Below, in pieces: positions 1 to 11,802 of a stretch of 64,000 nucleotides of DNA (its first letter is position 1; the number at the start of each line of letters is the position of its first letter). Position numbers and translations under genes: made by a program. The DNA is from Pseudomonadota bacterium (lineage in GTDB: Bacteria > Pseudomonadota > Gammaproteobacteria > Enterobacterales > Alteromonadaceae). The DNA lies in assembly GCA_040752955.1 (NCBI GenBank), contig JBFMHG010000010.1, positions 22,096-86,095 on the forward strand. The letters run 5' to 3'. Under the pieces are notes generated by a model that saw nothing but the letters and a program-made list of their open reading frames with translations, was not told the origin of the DNA and ran no database searches.

Positions 1-346
1 TAATTCCTCTTCACTTTACCCATCCTCAACAATAACGTTTTATGTATCAGCGCAGTGGCTAATGCCGGTCACTGCGGCTCAGGCTTTGGCCGCACACTTC
101 ACCGCGACCTTGGTCTGGCACTTTTATAACTAGATGGCTAGACATTCGAATGTCTTTACGTGTACTGTAGTTGCGTTATGCACATTGTTAGCATAAATAG
201 CAGTTATCACGCCAGGTTATTTATCTGACGCGGGCTTACTGCGCATAATGTCGGGCCGTCTGGCTAAAATCTGCCCGACAGAAACAATTCTACTATGCTG
301 AAGGTGCCGGTTGCTGCCGGTACCCAAACAGACGGAGCGCACCACT

Positions 347-586
347 ATGGTTGCAGAATTATTACTCGAAGCCGCCAGCCTGATGTTGATAGGTATGGGG
401 GCGGTATTCGCCTTTTTGTTGCTGTTAGTGTTTATCGTGCAGCTGATAAGCCGTGTAATGCAGCGCTATTTCCCCACTAAGGCCAACGTCGGGACTACAG
501 TGACGACATCAGGCAGCTCAGGGCCATCGCCTGCGGTGATTGCCGCCATTTCAACCGCGATACACCAGTATCGGCAACAACAATAA
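347..586 (+). CDS. oadG: Oxaloacetate decarboxylase gamma subunit
   Basis: Single TM helix plus C-terminal 'AVIAAISTAIHQYR' OadG signature; ATG at 347 follows GGAG (track start 311 probably too long); precedes oadA. Confidence 0.9.
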   Translation: MVAELLLEAASLMLIGMGAVFAFLLLLVFIVQLISRVMQRYFPTKANVGTTVTTSGSSGPSPAVIAAISTAIHQYRQQQ

Positions 587-598
587 GAGGACTCAGGC

Positions 599-2386
599 AT
601 GAGCAAACCATTATTACTAACAGAGTTGGTGCTACGTGACGCCCATCAGTCATTACTCGCCACGCGGCTTCGGCTGGAAGATATGCTGCCGATTGCTGCC
701 AAGCTGGATAAGGTAGGCTATTGGTCGATGGAGTCTTGGGGCGGTGCCACCTTTGATGCTTGTATCCGCTATTTAGGCGAAGATCCCTGGCATCGGATCC
801 GCGAGCTGAAAAAAGCTATGCCAAATACGAAGCAGCAAATGCTGTTGCGCGGCCAGAATTTACTCGGTTACCGCCATTATGCTGATGACGTGGTAACGAA
901 GTTTGTTGAACGGGCGCATGAAAACGGCGTAGATGTGTTTCGTATTTTCGATGCGATGAACGATATCCGCAACCTGCAAACGGCAGTGCAGGCCGCAATA
1001 AAGGTTGGCGCCCATGCACAGGGCACCATCTCGTACACGGTAAGCCCGGTGCATACTATCGATATGTGGGTAGACATGGCGCGTCAACTGGAAGACATGG
1101 GCTGCCACTCTATCTGTATTAAAGATATGGCCGGCCTGCTTAAACCCTATGAGTGTGAAGAGCTGGTTAGCCGCATTAAAGAAGCGACCAAAATTCCGCT
1201 GGCGATGCAATGCCACGCTACTACAGGGCTTAGTACAGCAAGCTACCAAAAAGCCATCGACGCCGGTATTGATATGCTCGACACTGCCATTTCCTCCATG
1301 AGCATGACGTATGGCCACAGCGCCACCGAAACCATGGTAGCAATTACCGAGGGCACCGAGCGTGATACCGGGCTTAACATGGAGCTGCTGGCCGAGATTG
1401 CCGCTTATTTTCGCGATATCAGAAAGAAATACGCCCAGTTTGAAGGTTCATTAAAAGGTGTCGATGCGCGTATTTTATTGGCGCAGGTGCCAGGTGGCAT
1501 GCTCACCAATATGGAAAGCCAGCTAAAAGAGCAGGGCGCACTGGATAAACTGGATGCCGTATTAAAAGAAATACCACAGGTGCGCCAGGATTTAGGCTAT
1601 TTGCCCCTGGTGACGCCAACGTCACAAATTGTTGGCACCCAGGCGGTGCTGAATGTGCTGACCGGTGAGCGTTACAAAAGCATCACCAAAGAGACAGCTG
1701 GTGTATTAAAAGGCGAATATGGCGCTACGCCAGCCCCTATGAACACTGAGTTACAACAGCGGGTGTTAGCTGGCGAAAAAGCTATTACCTGCCGGCCTGC
1801 CGATTTGTTAGAGCCCGAGCTGGATAAACTGCAGCAGGAGCTCAGTAGCCTGGCGCAAAGCGAGAGTATTCGCTTGGCCGAGCAGCAAATTGATGACGTG
1901 CTGACCTATGCTTTGTTCCCACAAGTCGGGCTAAAGTTTTTGAAAAACCGCGATAACCCGGCAGCATTTGAACCGGCCCCTGATGCACCGGCGGCGGCAA
2001 CCGCAGCCAAGCCGGCAGCAAGCAGTGCAAAACCCGCGCAAACCGGCCCGGCCAGTTACAGTGTGCGGGTGGATGGCAAGGTGTATGAAGTCGAAGTTGC
2101 CCCTACCGGCGAGCTCAGTTCAGTAAAGCCTGTGGTATCAGAAAATATCCCGGGCAGTGCGTCAGTAACCGGTGCTGCCACCCTTAATGCGCCGCTGGCA
2201 GGTAATATCTGGAAAGTGGTGACCAAGGTGGGTGCCAGCGTAAAACGCGGCGATGTGGTGATCATTATGGAGGCGATGAAAATGGAAACAGAAGTGCGTG
2301 CCGTGGCTGATGGCCAGGTGGCGAATATTCATGTCGCGGCCGGTGATGCCGTCAGCACCGGTGATGTGCTGATCAGTTTTAACTAG
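599..2386 (+). CDS. oadA: Na+-translocating oxaloacetate decarboxylase alpha subunit
   Basis: [12 protein letters not shown] carboxyltransferase start, Ala/Pro linker, C-terminal biotinyl domain with EAMKM. Confidence 0.97.
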   Translation: MSKPLLLTELVLRDAHQSLLATRLRLEDMLPIAAKLDKVGYWSMESWGGATFDACIRYLGEDPWHRIRELKKAMPNTKQQMLLRGQNLLGYRHYADDVVTKFVERAHENGVDVFRIFDAMNDIRNLQTAVQAAIKVGAHAQGTISYTVSPVHTIDMWVDMARQLEDMGCHSICIKDMAGLLKPYECEELVSRIKEATKIPLAMQCHATTGLSTASYQKAIDAGIDMLDTAISSMSMTYGHSATETMVAITEGTERDTGLNMELLAEIAAYFRDIRKKYAQFEGSLKGVDARILLAQVPGGMLTNMESQLKEQGALDKLDAVLKEIPQVRQDLGYLPLVTPTSQIVGTQAVLNVLTGERYKSITKETAGVLKGEYGATPAPMNTELQQRVLAGEKAITCRPADLLEPELDKLQQELSSLAQSESIRLAEQQIDDVLTYALFPQVGLKFLKNRDNPAAFEPAPDAPAAATAAKPAASSAKPAQTGPASYSVRVDGKVYEVEVAPTGELSSVKPVVSENIPGSASVTGAATLNAPLAGNIWKVVTKVGASVKRGDVVIIMEAMKMETEVRAVADGQVANIHVAAGDAVSTGDVLISFN

Positions 2387-2402
2387 GCACCGGGGATAAT
2401 CA

Positions 2403-3533
2403 ATGGATGCTGTAACAACCTTAATTGCCTCGACCGGCCTGGTGAATTTCACCGCCGGGCAGGCTGTAATGATGCTGGTCGGTTTTACCCTGTTGTATCT
2501 GGCCATAGCACGCGGCTTTGAGCCGCTGCTGCTATTGCCAATCGGCTTTGGCGCTGTGCTGACTAATATTCCGCTGGCTGGCATGGGTGAGCCGGGTGGC
2601 CTGCTGTACATGATTTATGAAGTGGGTATTGGTACCGGCATTTTCCCATTGCTGATTTTTATGGGCGTCGGCGCCATGACCGACTTTGGCGCCTTAATTG
2701 CCAACCCGCGCATGCTGCTGTTAGGCGCGGCTGCGCAGTTTGGTATTTTTGCCACCTTGCTCGGTGCCATCGCCCTTAACGCAGTGCCAGGCTTAAGCTT
2801 TACCTTAAAAGAAGCCTCGGCCATTGCTATTATCGGCGGCGCTGATGGCCCGACGGCCATTTTCCTCGCCTCTAAATTGGCACCGGATCTGCTGGGGGCC
2901 ATTGCGGTGGCCGCATACTCTTATATGGCACTGGTGCCGATTATTCAGCCACCGATTATGCGCGCATTAACCAGCAAGGCAGAGCGCAATATTGAAATGG
3001 TGCAGCTTAGAACAGTGAGTAAAAAAGAGAAAATTGTTTTTCCGCTGGCGGTACTGCTGCTGACGATTTTGCTGCTACCCAGCGCAGCCCCGCTTATTGG
3101 TATGTTTTGTTTAGGTAACCTGATGCGTGAATGCGGCGTGGTCGAGCGCTTAAGTAAAACCTCGCAAAACGAACTGATAAACATCGTCACCATCTTTCTC
3201 GGCCTGGCGGTGGGATCGCGTCTGAGTGCCGATAAATTCCTGACGTTGCAGACTTTAGGCATTTTAGTGCTGGGCGCTGTGGCCTTTGCTATCGGCACCG
3301 CCTCTGGCGTACTGATGGCTAAGTTGATGGGCAAGTTCTCTAAACAACCGATTAACCCACTGATTGGCGCTGCCGGTGTGTCAGCGGTACCTATGGCGGC
3401 GCGGGTGGTGAATAAAGTAGGCTTAGAAGCTAACCCGCATAACTTCCTGCTGATGCATGCGATGGGGCCGAACGTTGCCGGGGTAATTGGCTCAGCGGTT
3501 GCTGCCGGTATCTTGCTGGCGCTGGTGGGCTAG
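2403..3533 (+). CDS. oadB: Na+-translocating decarboxylase beta subunit
   Basis: [21 protein letters not shown] and [11 protein letters not shown] motifs; polytopic membrane protein. Confidence 0.97.
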   Translation: MDAVTTLIASTGLVNFTAGQAVMMLVGFTLLYLAIARGFEPLLLLPIGFGAVLTNIPLAGMGEPGGLLYMIYEVGIGTGIFPLLIFMGVGAMTDFGALIANPRMLLLGAAAQFGIFATLLGAIALNAVPGLSFTLKEASAIAIIGGADGPTAIFLASKLAPDLLGAIAVAAYSYMALVPIIQPPIMRALTSKAERNIEMVQLRTVSKKEKIVFPLAVLLLTILLLPSAAPLIGMFCLGNLMRECGVVERLSKTSQNELINIVTIFLGLAVGSRLSADKFLTLQTLGILVLGAVAFAIGTASGVLMAKLMGKFSKQPINPLIGAAGVSAVPMAARVVNKVGLEANPHNFLLMHAMGPNVAGVIGSAVAAGILLALVG

Positions 3534-3608
3534 TCGGTTACTTTTCTCTGAATTAAAAATGCCCCTAAGTGACAAGTGTGCTAAGTTACAAAGGTGCTAA
3601 GAGCCAAC

Positions 3609-3637
3609 AAAAAAGCCCGCTTATAACGCGGGCTTTT
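3609..3637. terminator. Bidirectional intrinsic terminator between convergent oadB and M23 peptidase
   Basis: AAAAGCCCGC-ttataac-GCGGGCTTTT hairpin with A/T tracts. Confidence 0.8.
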
Positions 3638-3655
3638 GCTATTTTGGTAGGCGGT

Positions 3656-5011
3656 TTACGGTGCTGCTGTTGCTGCAGGCACTGCTTCGTCAGCTTTAGC
3701 CAATAACACCCGCTCTTTGGTTTGCAGCTGGGTTAACACCTGCTGCGCCTTGGCGGTGAACTGCACTTTATCGTTACCCTGCAGCGGCGTGGCTTGTGGT
3801 AATTTTACTGTTCTGGGGTTACGGTGTACGCCATCTACGACGAATTCATAGTGTAAGTGTGCACCGGTAACGCGGCCGGTAGCGCCCAGGCGGCCAATAG
3901 CCTCGCCCTGGCGTACTTTATCGCCTTTGGCCACTAAACGCTTAGACAGGTGCAGGTACTTGGTAACAATATTATTGGCGTGTTGAATAAACACATAATG
4001 ACCGTTCACATTGTTATAGGCTGATGCCACCACGCGGCCATCGCCGGCCGCCATAATAGGCGTGCCCACCGGTGCCACATAATCGACACCGTTATGTGGC
4101 CGTACGGTTTTTAACACCGGGTGTAGCCGGCGTGGATTAAAGTTAGAACTGACGTACTGAAAGCTCACCGGGGCGCGTAAAAACGCCTGGCGCATACTGG
4201 CACCGTCTGGCTTGTAGTAATTACCGTCGCTATGCAGCACCGCCTGGTATAAATGGCCCTGGTTGGAGAACTGCGCGGCAATAATATTGCCGTTGCCGAT
4301 AAACTCGCCGTCAACATATTGGGTTTCATACAGCACGCTGAAGCTGTCGCCGGCGCGGATATCTAAACCAAAGTCGATATCCCAGCCAAAAATACCGGCC
4401 AGGTTCATGATCTGCGCTTCGCTTAAGCCTGCCGCAATACCAGCGCTCCAGAAGTTACTGCGAATGGCCGCGCTGGCAAACTGGTTGCGCAGTTCAACTT
4501 CTTTTTTCAGCTCTTCGGCAACAAAGCTGCCTTCATTGTTGCGGCTAATGCGCAGTGTCGTCAGGTGGTTTAACGCATAACGCAGCTCTTGCAGCTCGCC
4601 ATTGGCATCAACACCAAACTCCAACTGTTCGCCGGGGAACAGACGGGTTAAGGTTTTTACCTGTTTGCCCAGCGCCAGGATATCCAGCATCACCTGCTGG
4701 CTGACATTGGCTTGTTTAAACAGTGCCGATAAGGCATCGCCTTTGCGCACCTGTAATACCGACCAGTTTAATGAGATGTCTTCTTCTGGCAGCGGCGCCA
4801 GCTCTGTGATGCTCTGCTCGGGGAGTAAAACATCGGCTTGCTCAGGTAATGTCAGGCTGTAACGCTTACCAATTTCCAGGCTGTCGGCTTTGCTACTTTT
4901 AGAAGCAGCAGCCTGCTCTGACGGTAATAACAACACTACGGATAAGAACACTGAGGTTGCGGCAATGAGCACCCGGTGCTGTTTTGGGATCTTAGTCACG
5001 AATTGACGCAT
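3656..5011 (-). CDS. Peptidoglycan DD-metalloendopeptidase, M23 family (OapA/MepM-like)
   Basis: HNGVD and HLH zinc motifs; N-terminal membrane anchor and OapA/LysM-like region; divergent from tyrS. Confidence 0.9.
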   Translation of the reverse strand: MRQFVTKIPKQHRVLIAATSVFLSVVLLLPSEQAAASKSSKADSLEIGKRYSLTLPEQADVLLPEQSITELAPLPEEDISLNWSVLQVRKGDALSALFKQANVSQQVMLDILALGKQVKTLTRLFPGEQLEFGVDANGELQELRYALNHLTTLRISRNNEGSFVAEELKKEVELRNQFASAAIRSNFWSAGIAAGLSEAQIMNLAGIFGWDIDFGLDIRAGDSFSVLYETQYVDGEFIGNGNIIAAQFSNQGHLYQAVLHSDGNYYKPDGASMRQAFLRAPVSFQYVSSNFNPRRLHPVLKTVRPHNGVDYVAPVGTPIMAAGDGRVVASAYNNVNGHYVFIQHANNIVTKYLHLSKRLVAKGDKVRQGEAIGRLGATGRVTGAHLHYEFVVDGVHRNPRTVKLPQATPLQGNDKVQFTAKAQQVLTQLQTKERVLLAKADEAVPAATAAP

Positions 5012-5159
5012 AATTCTGTTCTTGGCTCAACAAACGCACAAAAACCGAGCATATACCGTTTTTTTCACTGACACCAGACTTTTGTGCGTTTCCCCTGGGC
5101 TAAACATGCTATAGAATGCGGCTTCAACGGGTAAACAGGTGAAAAATCAGGAGGCCAGA

Positions 5160-6362
5160 ATGGCGGATTGGGAGCAGGCTTTAGCTGAGCTAAAACGCGG
5201 TTGCGAAGAAATTCTGCTGGAAGAAGAGCTAATTGCCAAACTCAAAGAGGGTAAGCCGTTAAAAATTAAGGCTGGCTTTGACCCCACAGCACCTGATTTA
5301 CACCTGGGGCATACGGTATTGATCAACAAGCTACGCACCTTTCAGCAGTTAGGCCATGAAGTGATTTTTCTCATCGGTGACTTTACCGGCTTAATTGGCG
5401 ACCCAACCGGTAAAAACGTCACCCGTAAACCACTTAGCCGCGAAGATGTATTGGCAAATGCGCAAACCTATAAAGATCAGGTGTTTAAAATTCTTGATCC
5501 GGCAAAAACCCGTGTGGCTTTTAACTCGCAGTGGATGGAGCAGCTCGGTGCCGCCGGCATGATTAAACTGGCTGCCCGGCAAACTGTGGCCCGTATGCTG
5601 GAGCGCGACGATTTTAAAAAGCGTTATGCCAACAATCAGTCTATCGCTATTCACGAATTTTTATACCCGCTGGTGCAAGGCTGGGACTCAGTCGCGCTTG
5701 AAGCCGATGTGGAAATGGGCGGTACCGACCAGCGCTTTAACCTGTTGATGGGCCGCGAACTGCAAAAAGACGAAGGCCAGCGTCCGCAAACTGTGATGAT
5801 GGTGCCGCTGCTGGAAGGTCTGGACGGCGTGCAGAAAATGTCCAAGTCGCTGGGCAACTATGTTGGTATTACCGATGCGCCAAATGACATGTTTGGCAAA
5901 ATTATGTCGATCTCAGATGAGCTGATGTGGCGTTATTACGATCTGCTAAGTTTCCGCCCGCTGGAAGACGTGGCGGCCCTGAAACAGCAGGTGGCGGAAG
6001 GCGCTAACCCGCGTGACATTAAAATTCTGCTGGCCAAAGAAATCATCGCCCGCTTTCATGACGAGGCGTCCGCGGAAGCAGCACATCAGGACTTTATCCA
6101 GCGCTTTAGCAAAAACGCGCTGCCGGATGATATTCCAGAGCTGACCATCAGCTGCGAAGGCGACAGCATGCCGATAGCTAACTTGCTAAAAGAAGCCGGC
6201 TTAGTCGACAGCACCTCGGAAGCCATCCGTATGATTAAACAAGGTGCGGTGAAGCTAAACGGTGAGCAGAAAATTGATGACACTAAACTGGAAATCACTA
6301 AAGGCAGCAGCGAGATTTACCAGGTAGGTAAGCGCAAATTCGCCAAAGTCAGTCTGCAGTAA
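5160..6362 (+). CDS. tyrS: Tyrosine--tRNA ligase
   Basis: [13 protein letters not shown] (HIGH-like), KMSKS, C-terminal S4 domain; ATG 5160 after AGGAGG. Confidence 0.97.
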   Translation: MADWEQALAELKRGCEEILLEEELIAKLKEGKPLKIKAGFDPTAPDLHLGHTVLINKLRTFQQLGHEVIFLIGDFTGLIGDPTGKNVTRKPLSREDVLANAQTYKDQVFKILDPAKTRVAFNSQWMEQLGAAGMIKLAARQTVARMLERDDFKKRYANNQSIAIHEFLYPLVQGWDSVALEADVEMGGTDQRFNLLMGRELQKDEGQRPQTVMMVPLLEGLDGVQKMSKSLGNYVGITDAPNDMFGKIMSISDELMWRYYDLLSFRPLEDVAALKQQVAEGANPRDIKILLAKEIIARFHDEASAEAAHQDFIQRFSKNALPDDIPELTISCEGDSMPIANLLKEAGLVDSTSEAIRMIKQGAVKLNGEQKIDDTKLEITKGSSEIYQVGKRKFAKVSLQ

Positions 6363-6382
6363 AGCTTCACCATCCTTATGTG

Positions 6383-6409
6383 GGCGTAACATCGCGCTGA
6401 TGTTACGCC
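6383..6409 (+). terminator. Stem-loop after tyrS (no U-tract; weak or atypical terminator)
   Basis: GGCGTAACATC-gcgct-GATGTTACGCC 11-bp stem. Confidence 0.45.
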
Positions 6410-6502
6410 TCCTCCTGTACGGGCTATCTACCGTGTTAGCCTCGAACTGTGACGCTGATGAACTACACTGTAGTGAATCAGAGCCATAACAGAGGGGGAA
6501 CC

Positions 6503-9217
6503 ATGACTTCAGCTAATCCTTATATCGACACCCTAAATGTGGCGCAGCAGCAATACCGCATTTACAGCTTACCTAAGGCGGCTGAGCACTTTGGCGATAT
6601 CAGCCGTTTGCCATTCTCATTAAAAGTGTTGTTAGAGAATCTGTTACGTCATCTCGATGGTGATAGTGTGACTGACGCTGATATTCAGGCTTTGGTCGAC
6701 TGGCAGAAAACCGGCAGCTCTGAGCGTGAAATTGCTTTTCGGCCGGCACGGGTATTAATGCAGGATTTTACCGGTGTACCGGCGGTAGTCGATTTAGCCG
6801 CGATGCGGGCGGCCGTGGCGGCGCTGGGTGAAGATCCCGATAAGGTCAACCCGTTGTCGCCGGTCGATTTGGTCATTGATCACTCCGTGATGGTAGATCG
6901 CTACGCCAGCGCTGACGCCTTTCGTGAAAACGTTGATATTGAAATGCAGCGTAACCATGAGCGTTATGCCTTTTTGCGCTGGGGCGCTAAGGCCTTTGCT
7001 AATTTTCGTGTGGTGCCCCCGGGCACAGGGATTTGTCATCAGGTGAATCTGGAGTACCTCGGGCAAACGGTGTGGGCACAGAGTACCGATGATGGTCAGC
7101 TTGCCTATCCGGATACATTGGTGGGTACGGACTCTCACACAACGATGATAAACGCCCTGGGTATTTTAGGATGGGGCGTTGGCGGTATTGAAGCCGAAGC
7201 GGCAATGCTGGGGCAACCGGTGTCGATGACAATTCCACATGTCGTTGGGGTAGAGCTTACCGGCAAATTGACTGCCGGTATCACCGCCACCGATTTGGTG
7301 CTCACCCTCACCCAGCTGCTGCGAAAGCATGGTGTGGTCGGTAAATTTGTCGAGTTTTTTGGCGCTGGCCTGGCGCAGTTGTCGCTGGCAGATCGGGCGA
7401 CTATTGCCAATATGGCGCCGGAATATGGTGCAACTTGCGGCTTTTTTCCTGTCGATCAGGTGACGCTGGATTACCTAAAGCTCACCGGACGTGATGCTGC
7501 AGTGATTAGCAGAGTGAAAGCCTATTGCCAGGCGCAGGGGCTTTGGCGGCAGGATGGTGATGAGCCGGTGTTTACTGACACGTTGCATCTTGACCTGGCC
7601 ACTGTGCAAGCGTCATTGGCCGGGCCAAAGCGGCCACAAGATAAAGTCACGCTGACAGATCTGAAACAACATTGCGATGATACCAAACCATTGGATATTA
7701 AAACGCTGGCGCGCGAGTCTCAGTTAGTCAGCGAAGGCGGCGGCCAGAGCACGGCGGCGAGCACCGATAACAGTTTTGAATTAAATGGCAGTAGGGTTAA
7801 ATTGCCGGAACATGCGGTGGTGATTGCGGCAATCACATCCTGCACCAATACGTCGAATCCCAGTGTGTTGATGGCTGCCGGTTTGTTGGCCAAAAATGCG
7901 CTGGCCAAGGGCCTGCAAGCAAAACCCTGGGTGAAAAGCTCGCTGGCACCTGGCTCTAAGGTTGTTACGCGTTATCTAGAGCAAGCGGGGTTGATGTCTG
8001 CGTTAGAGCAACTGGGTTTTTATCTGGTGGGCTATGGCTGTACCACCTGTATCGGCAACTCCGGCCCGCTGGCCAAACCCATTGCAGAGGCTATTAACAA
8101 GGGCGATTTAAATGTGTCAGCGGTGTTGTCCGGTAACCGTAACTTTGAAGGCCGTATTCATCCCCTGGTGAAATCAAACTGGCTGGCATCGCCGCCACTG
8201 GTAGTGGCCTTTGCGCTTGCTGGCCGGATGAATATCGACCTTAGCGCTGAACCCTTAGGGCAGGATGCACAGGGCAATAATGTGTATCTGAAAGATATCT
8301 GGCCTGATGACGATACTGTGGCGGCAGCAGTGGCTACCGTGCAAAGCAGTATGTTTTCAGCTGAATATGCCAAGGTTTTTGACGGTGATGCCAGCTGGCA
8401 GGCTATTGAAGTAGCGAAAGCGAAAACCTACAGCTGGCCGGAGTCCAGTTATATCCGGCAACCCGATTTTTTCCGTGGCTTATCGCGTAAGCCCAAGCCG
8501 GTGCGCGATATTGTTAATGCCAGAGTATTAGCCATACTCGGTGACTCGGTGACCACTGACCATATTTCGCCGGCCGGTAATATTAAGCAGAGCAGCCCGG
8601 CCGGGGAATATTTGCAGCAGCTGGGTATAGCACCGGAAGATTTTAACTCGTATGGCTCCAGGCGCGGTAATCACGAAGTGATGGTACGGGGTACCTTTGC
8701 CAACGTCCGAATTCGTAATGAAATGCTGCCGGGCAGCGAAGGTGGTGTGACCCGGCATTACCCTTCTGGCGATACCTTGTCGATATTTAATGCCGCAATG
8801 CGTTATCAGCAACAGGAACTGCCTCTTATCGTCATTACGGGTAAAGAATACGGTACCGGCTCTTCCCGTGATTGGGCTGCCAAGGGCACCCTGATGTTAG
8901 GCGTAAGGGCCGTCCTGGCCGAGTCTTTTGAGCGGATTCACCGTTCTAACTTAATAGGTATGGGGGTATTACCGCTGCAGTTTTTGCCGGGGACAGATCG
9001 CAAAACGCTTAAGCTGACCGGCGAAGAGAGTTTTACTTTACGCGGTTTGGGCGAACTGACAGCAAAACAAAAGCTGCAGCTGTTGATCCGTTACGCCGAC
9101 GGCGGCAAGCAAGAGATCGATGTACATTGTCGCATTGATACGGCGACCGAACTGGCGTATTACCAGCATGGCGGCATTTTGCATTATGTACTGCGCCGGA
9201 TGATTGGCGCAGCCTAA
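6503..9217 (+). CDS. acnA: Aconitate hydratase A
   Basis: RVLMQDFTGVPAVVD, SCTNTSN, GCTTCIGNSG, GSSRDWAAKG; ATG 6503 after AGAGGGGG. Confidence 0.96.
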   Translation: MTSANPYIDTLNVAQQQYRIYSLPKAAEHFGDISRLPFSLKVLLENLLRHLDGDSVTDADIQALVDWQKTGSSEREIAFRPARVLMQDFTGVPAVVDLAAMRAAVAALGEDPDKVNPLSPVDLVIDHSVMVDRYASADAFRENVDIEMQRNHERYAFLRWGAKAFANFRVVPPGTGICHQVNLEYLGQTVWAQSTDDGQLAYPDTLVGTDSHTTMINALGILGWGVGGIEAEAAMLGQPVSMTIPHVVGVELTGKLTAGITATDLVLTLTQLLRKHGVVGKFVEFFGAGLAQLSLADRATIANMAPEYGATCGFFPVDQVTLDYLKLTGRDAAVISRVKAYCQAQGLWRQDGDEPVFTDTLHLDLATVQASLAGPKRPQDKVTLTDLKQHCDDTKPLDIKTLARESQLVSEGGGQSTAASTDNSFELNGSRVKLPEHAVVIAAITSCTNTSNPSVLMAAGLLAKNALAKGLQAKPWVKSSLAPGSKVVTRYLEQAGLMSALEQLGFYLVGYGCTTCIGNSGPLAKPIAEAINKGDLNVSAVLSGNRNFEGRIHPLVKSNWLASPPLVVAFALAGRMNIDLSAEPLGQDAQGNNVYLKDIWPDDDTVAAAVATVQSSMFSAEYAKVFDGDASWQAIEVAKAKTYSWPESSYIRQPDFFRGLSRKPKPVRDIVNARVLAILGDSVTTDHISPAGNIKQSSPAGEYLQQLGIAPEDFNSYGSRRGNHEVMVRGTFANVRIRNEMLPGSEGGVTRHYPSGDTLSIFNAAMRYQQQELPLIVITGKEYGTGSSRDWAAKGTLMLGVRAVLAESFERIHRSNLIGMGVLPLQFLPGTDRKTLKLTGEESFTLRGLGELTAKQKLQLLIRYADGGKQEIDVHCRIDTATELAYYQHGGILHYVLRRMIGAA

Positions 9218-9222
9218 GTGAA

Positions 9223-9249
9223 GGGCGCCTGCTTTGCTGGCAGGCGCCC
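9223..9249. terminator. GC-rich hairpin between convergent acnA and MscS gene
   Basis: GGGCGCCTGC-tttgctg-GCAGGCGCCC; no U-tracts. Confidence 0.5.
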
Positions 9250-9271
9250 ACGCTGTGTTATGGTGGCTCAG

Positions 9272-10561
9272 TCAGGATGGCAGTGTGGGTAAGCCAGATT
9301 TAATATGCAAATCACGCTGCGGATAAGGAATGGTAATACCCGCCTGTTTAAAGGCGCGCCAGATAGCCACGTTAATGTCTGAGCGCACGGTGTCTGCACC
9401 GTATTCCGGATCGGCTATCCATACTCTTAGCTCCAGCTCTATTCCACTGTCAGCAAAATTCTTTAGCATGACTGTGGGTGCAGGGTCGTTTAACACCCGG
9501 GTAGAACTGTTAGCACATTGCAGCATCAGAGCCATCGCTTGCTCCGGGTCATCGTCATAGCTAACTTGCACCAGAATTTTTACCCGTACATTGCGGTCTT
9601 CATAGCTCCAGTTAATTACTTCTGAGGTGATCAGGTTTTCGTTCGGGATTAAGGTATCCACGCCTTCGCGGTTACGTACCACCACATAACGCGCTTTTAG
9701 CTCATGCACCCAACCAAAACTGTCGCCAACCGAAATGACATCGCCCGGTTTTACGCTGCGATCGAGCACCAAAATAAAGCCACTGATAAAATTTGACGCT
9801 ATGCGCTGTAAACCAAACCCCAGGCCAACACCCAAAGCGCCGCCAAATACCGCCAGTGAACTTAAGTTAATACCCACTGCATTAAGCGCCACCAGAAATG
9901 CCAGAGTAATCAGCGCCACCTTGGCCACCTTGCTAAAGCCTACCTGCATACTAGGGCTGATATGTTTGGCTTTTCTCAGTTGCTGGTTTAATAGCTCGGC
10001 CAGCCAAAGGGCCAGCGTAAAAGCCAGAATAATCACCAGCAGCAATTTAACCACGCTGAGCAGCGACAGCCGGCTGTCGCCCAGGGTGAACGCCAGCGCA
10101 TCCATCATTTGCAGCAGCGGCTGCAGCCAGCCGGCCAGGTGCAGCACGACCAGCAGCCACACTGTGGTGGTGATTACCGGCTCGGCCGATTTTACGATGG
10201 GGCTGGATAAAAAGGCTTTACGCAGGATATACACCAGCAGGCGTATAACACCCAGCGCCAGCGCAATAGGCACTAAAAACCTGAGTAACTGTGCTGGCAA
10301 CTGGGAGCTGGTGAAGGCTTCTGCAGTTATCGCCAGCAGTGCCGCCAGGCTAAAGGGCAGCACTATGCGTTGTGAGCTGTGCAGCGCCACATGGCGCAAA
10401 CCCTTGCCGCCACTGTCATTCAGCCGTTTAGCCACTACCCGGTTAAGCAGCCAGGCCAGAGTTAAAGCGGCAACCACGGCAACCATTTGGTACCACATTG
10501 CCGGTTGTTGTAAAAAACTTACCAATTGCTGCCAAAGCAGCATTATCTTGTCGCTCATCAT
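9272..10561 (-). CDS. MscS-family mechanosensitive channel
   Basis: GGALGVGLGFGLQRIASNFISG, IPNENL, IPYPQRDLH motifs. Confidence 0.92.
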   Translation of the reverse strand: MMSDKIMLLWQQLVSFLQQPAMWYQMVAVVAALTLAWLLNRVVAKRLNDSGGKGLRHVALHSSQRIVLPFSLAALLAITAEAFTSSQLPAQLLRFLVPIALALGVIRLLVYILRKAFLSSPIVKSAEPVITTTVWLLVVLHLAGWLQPLLQMMDALAFTLGDSRLSLLSVVKLLLVIILAFTLALWLAELLNQQLRKAKHISPSMQVGFSKVAKVALITLAFLVALNAVGINLSSLAVFGGALGVGLGFGLQRIASNFISGFILVLDRSVKPGDVISVGDSFGWVHELKARYVVVRNREGVDTLIPNENLITSEVINWSYEDRNVRVKILVQVSYDDDPEQAMALMLQCANSSTRVLNDPAPTVMLKNFADSGIELELRVWIADPEYGADTVRSDINVAIWRAFKQAGITIPYPQRDLHIKSGLPTLPS

Positions 10562-10650
10562 GTTTAATCTAACATATTGATTGGATTGGGCTTAGCATCA
10601 GGCTATCAGTGTAGCTGTATAACTGTGCTTTTGCAGCAAGCATTGCCTTT

Positions 10651-11178
10651 TTAGCCGCTGCACTGTTCAAGCCAAATCCAATCTTGTGGCTTAATGCCCA
10701 GCTCAGTGGCGGTTTGGGCAAAGGCCTCGCACTGCGCTTGGGCCGGGGTGTTACTGCGAGCCAGCAGCCAGGCGTAATCCAGCGATGGCCCTACCACCAG
10801 TGCCATGCTGTAGTCATCACTTAAGCGCGCTACATTGTAGCTGCCGTAAAAGGGGCCAAAAAACGACACCTTTAGCGCGCCGGTATTGGTGTCGCCAACA
10901 AAGTAGGCTTTTCCTTCAGCCTCGCGCCAAGCGTTTTCTTCAGCATTAAAGCCACGGTTAATCACTTTTACCCCGCCATCCTCACGCATACTGTAGTTAG
11001 CGGTTACTTGCGTTAAACCGCGCTCAAAGCGGTGATCCAGCCGGGCAATTTCATGCCACTGGCCTAAATAGCGCTCCAATTCAAATGGCGTCACGGGTTT
11101 TACACCCTCAGGCGTGCCGGTACAGCCAAGTAGTAGGGCAACAATGGCAAACAGGGTAATTTTGCGTAAGAACTTCAT
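10651..11178 (-). CDS. blc: Outer-membrane lipocalin lipoprotein
   Basis: Lipobox LLGC; YLGQWHEIARLDHRFERGL and LKVSFFGPFYG lipocalin motifs; likely start 11178. Confidence 0.9.
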   Translation of the reverse strand: MKFLRKITLFAIVALLLGCTGTPEGVKPVTPFELERYLGQWHEIARLDHRFERGLTQVTANYSMREDGGVKVINRGFNAEENAWREAEGKAYFVGDTNTGALKVSFFGPFYGSYNVARLSDDYSMALVVGPSLDYAWLLARSNTPAQAQCEAFAQTATELGIKPQDWIWLEQCSG

Positions 11179-11248
11179 ACTAACCTTCTCATCCAGTGAT
11201 AAAAAATTCATATTACGCGGCTTTAGGCGCTTTGTATCTTCAACCGGG

Positions 11249-11797
11249 TCAATTTTCTGGTCGCTTTATAGGAACCAGCGATTGCCCTGATAGCTTGATA
11301 TGCTGACAGGCACTGCCGTACCCCATGGCATATTTCAGCGTTGGATACACCCGGTAGCTACTAATCGCAAAGGCCAGGCTTATCAGCCCTTTATCACCCC
11401 ATAAGTTACAAATTTGCTCCCGCAGCTCTTCAGCTTGCGGCTGATGGGTCAGCACCTGCTCGGTAAATTGCACTACCAGTGCAATCTCAGGTGGTAACAG
11501 CTGCAGCTGACGCTCAACAATGGCTTGCACTAAGCTTGCTGGCACACCAGACTCCAGTGCCATATCCACGGCCAACTGGCTGCAGGGGCCGCAATCTTCC
11601 GCCAGAATAGCGCGAATTCTGGCGGCAAATAGCGCGTCCAGCGGCACATCAGCCTGGTGGGCCGCCATGCTTTGAAAGCCGCAAAACTTAATATAAGCCC
11701 TAAGATCAGTGTGCAGAATGCGCTGCTGATAGCGCACATCGTACTGGTAGCGTTTTTGTAATTTAAGCAGCATCAGGTTTAATATAAAGCGCAGCAT
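11249..11797 (-). CDS. AhpD/carboxymuconolactone-decarboxylase-like protein with CxxC
   Basis: EDCGPC motif in a helical protein; RVYPTLKYAMG C-terminal motif. Confidence 0.6.
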   Translation of the reverse strand: MLRFILNLMLLKLQKRYQYDVRYQQRILHTDLRAYIKFCGFQSMAAHQADVPLDALFAARIRAILAEDCGPCSQLAVDMALESGVPASLVQAIVERQLQLLPPEIALVVQFTEQVLTHQPQAEELREQICNLWGDKGLISLAFAISSYRVYPTLKYAMGYGSACQHIKLSGQSLVPIKRPEN

Positions 11798-11802
11798 AGT
11801 GG

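Noticed and set aside
1-120. Hairpin at about 51-77 and minus-strand RBS-like AGAGGA at the window start
   Set aside because: Probably the leader of a gene starting outside the window; cannot be evaluated here
347-3533. oadGAB without citrate/tartrate fermentation genes
   Set aside because: Stand-alone oadGAB is ordinary in marine and aquatic gammaproteobacteria
9735-10580. 281-aa plus-strand ORF and many other antisense ORFs in the track
   Set aside because: Shadow frames opposite well-supported genes, with no motifs
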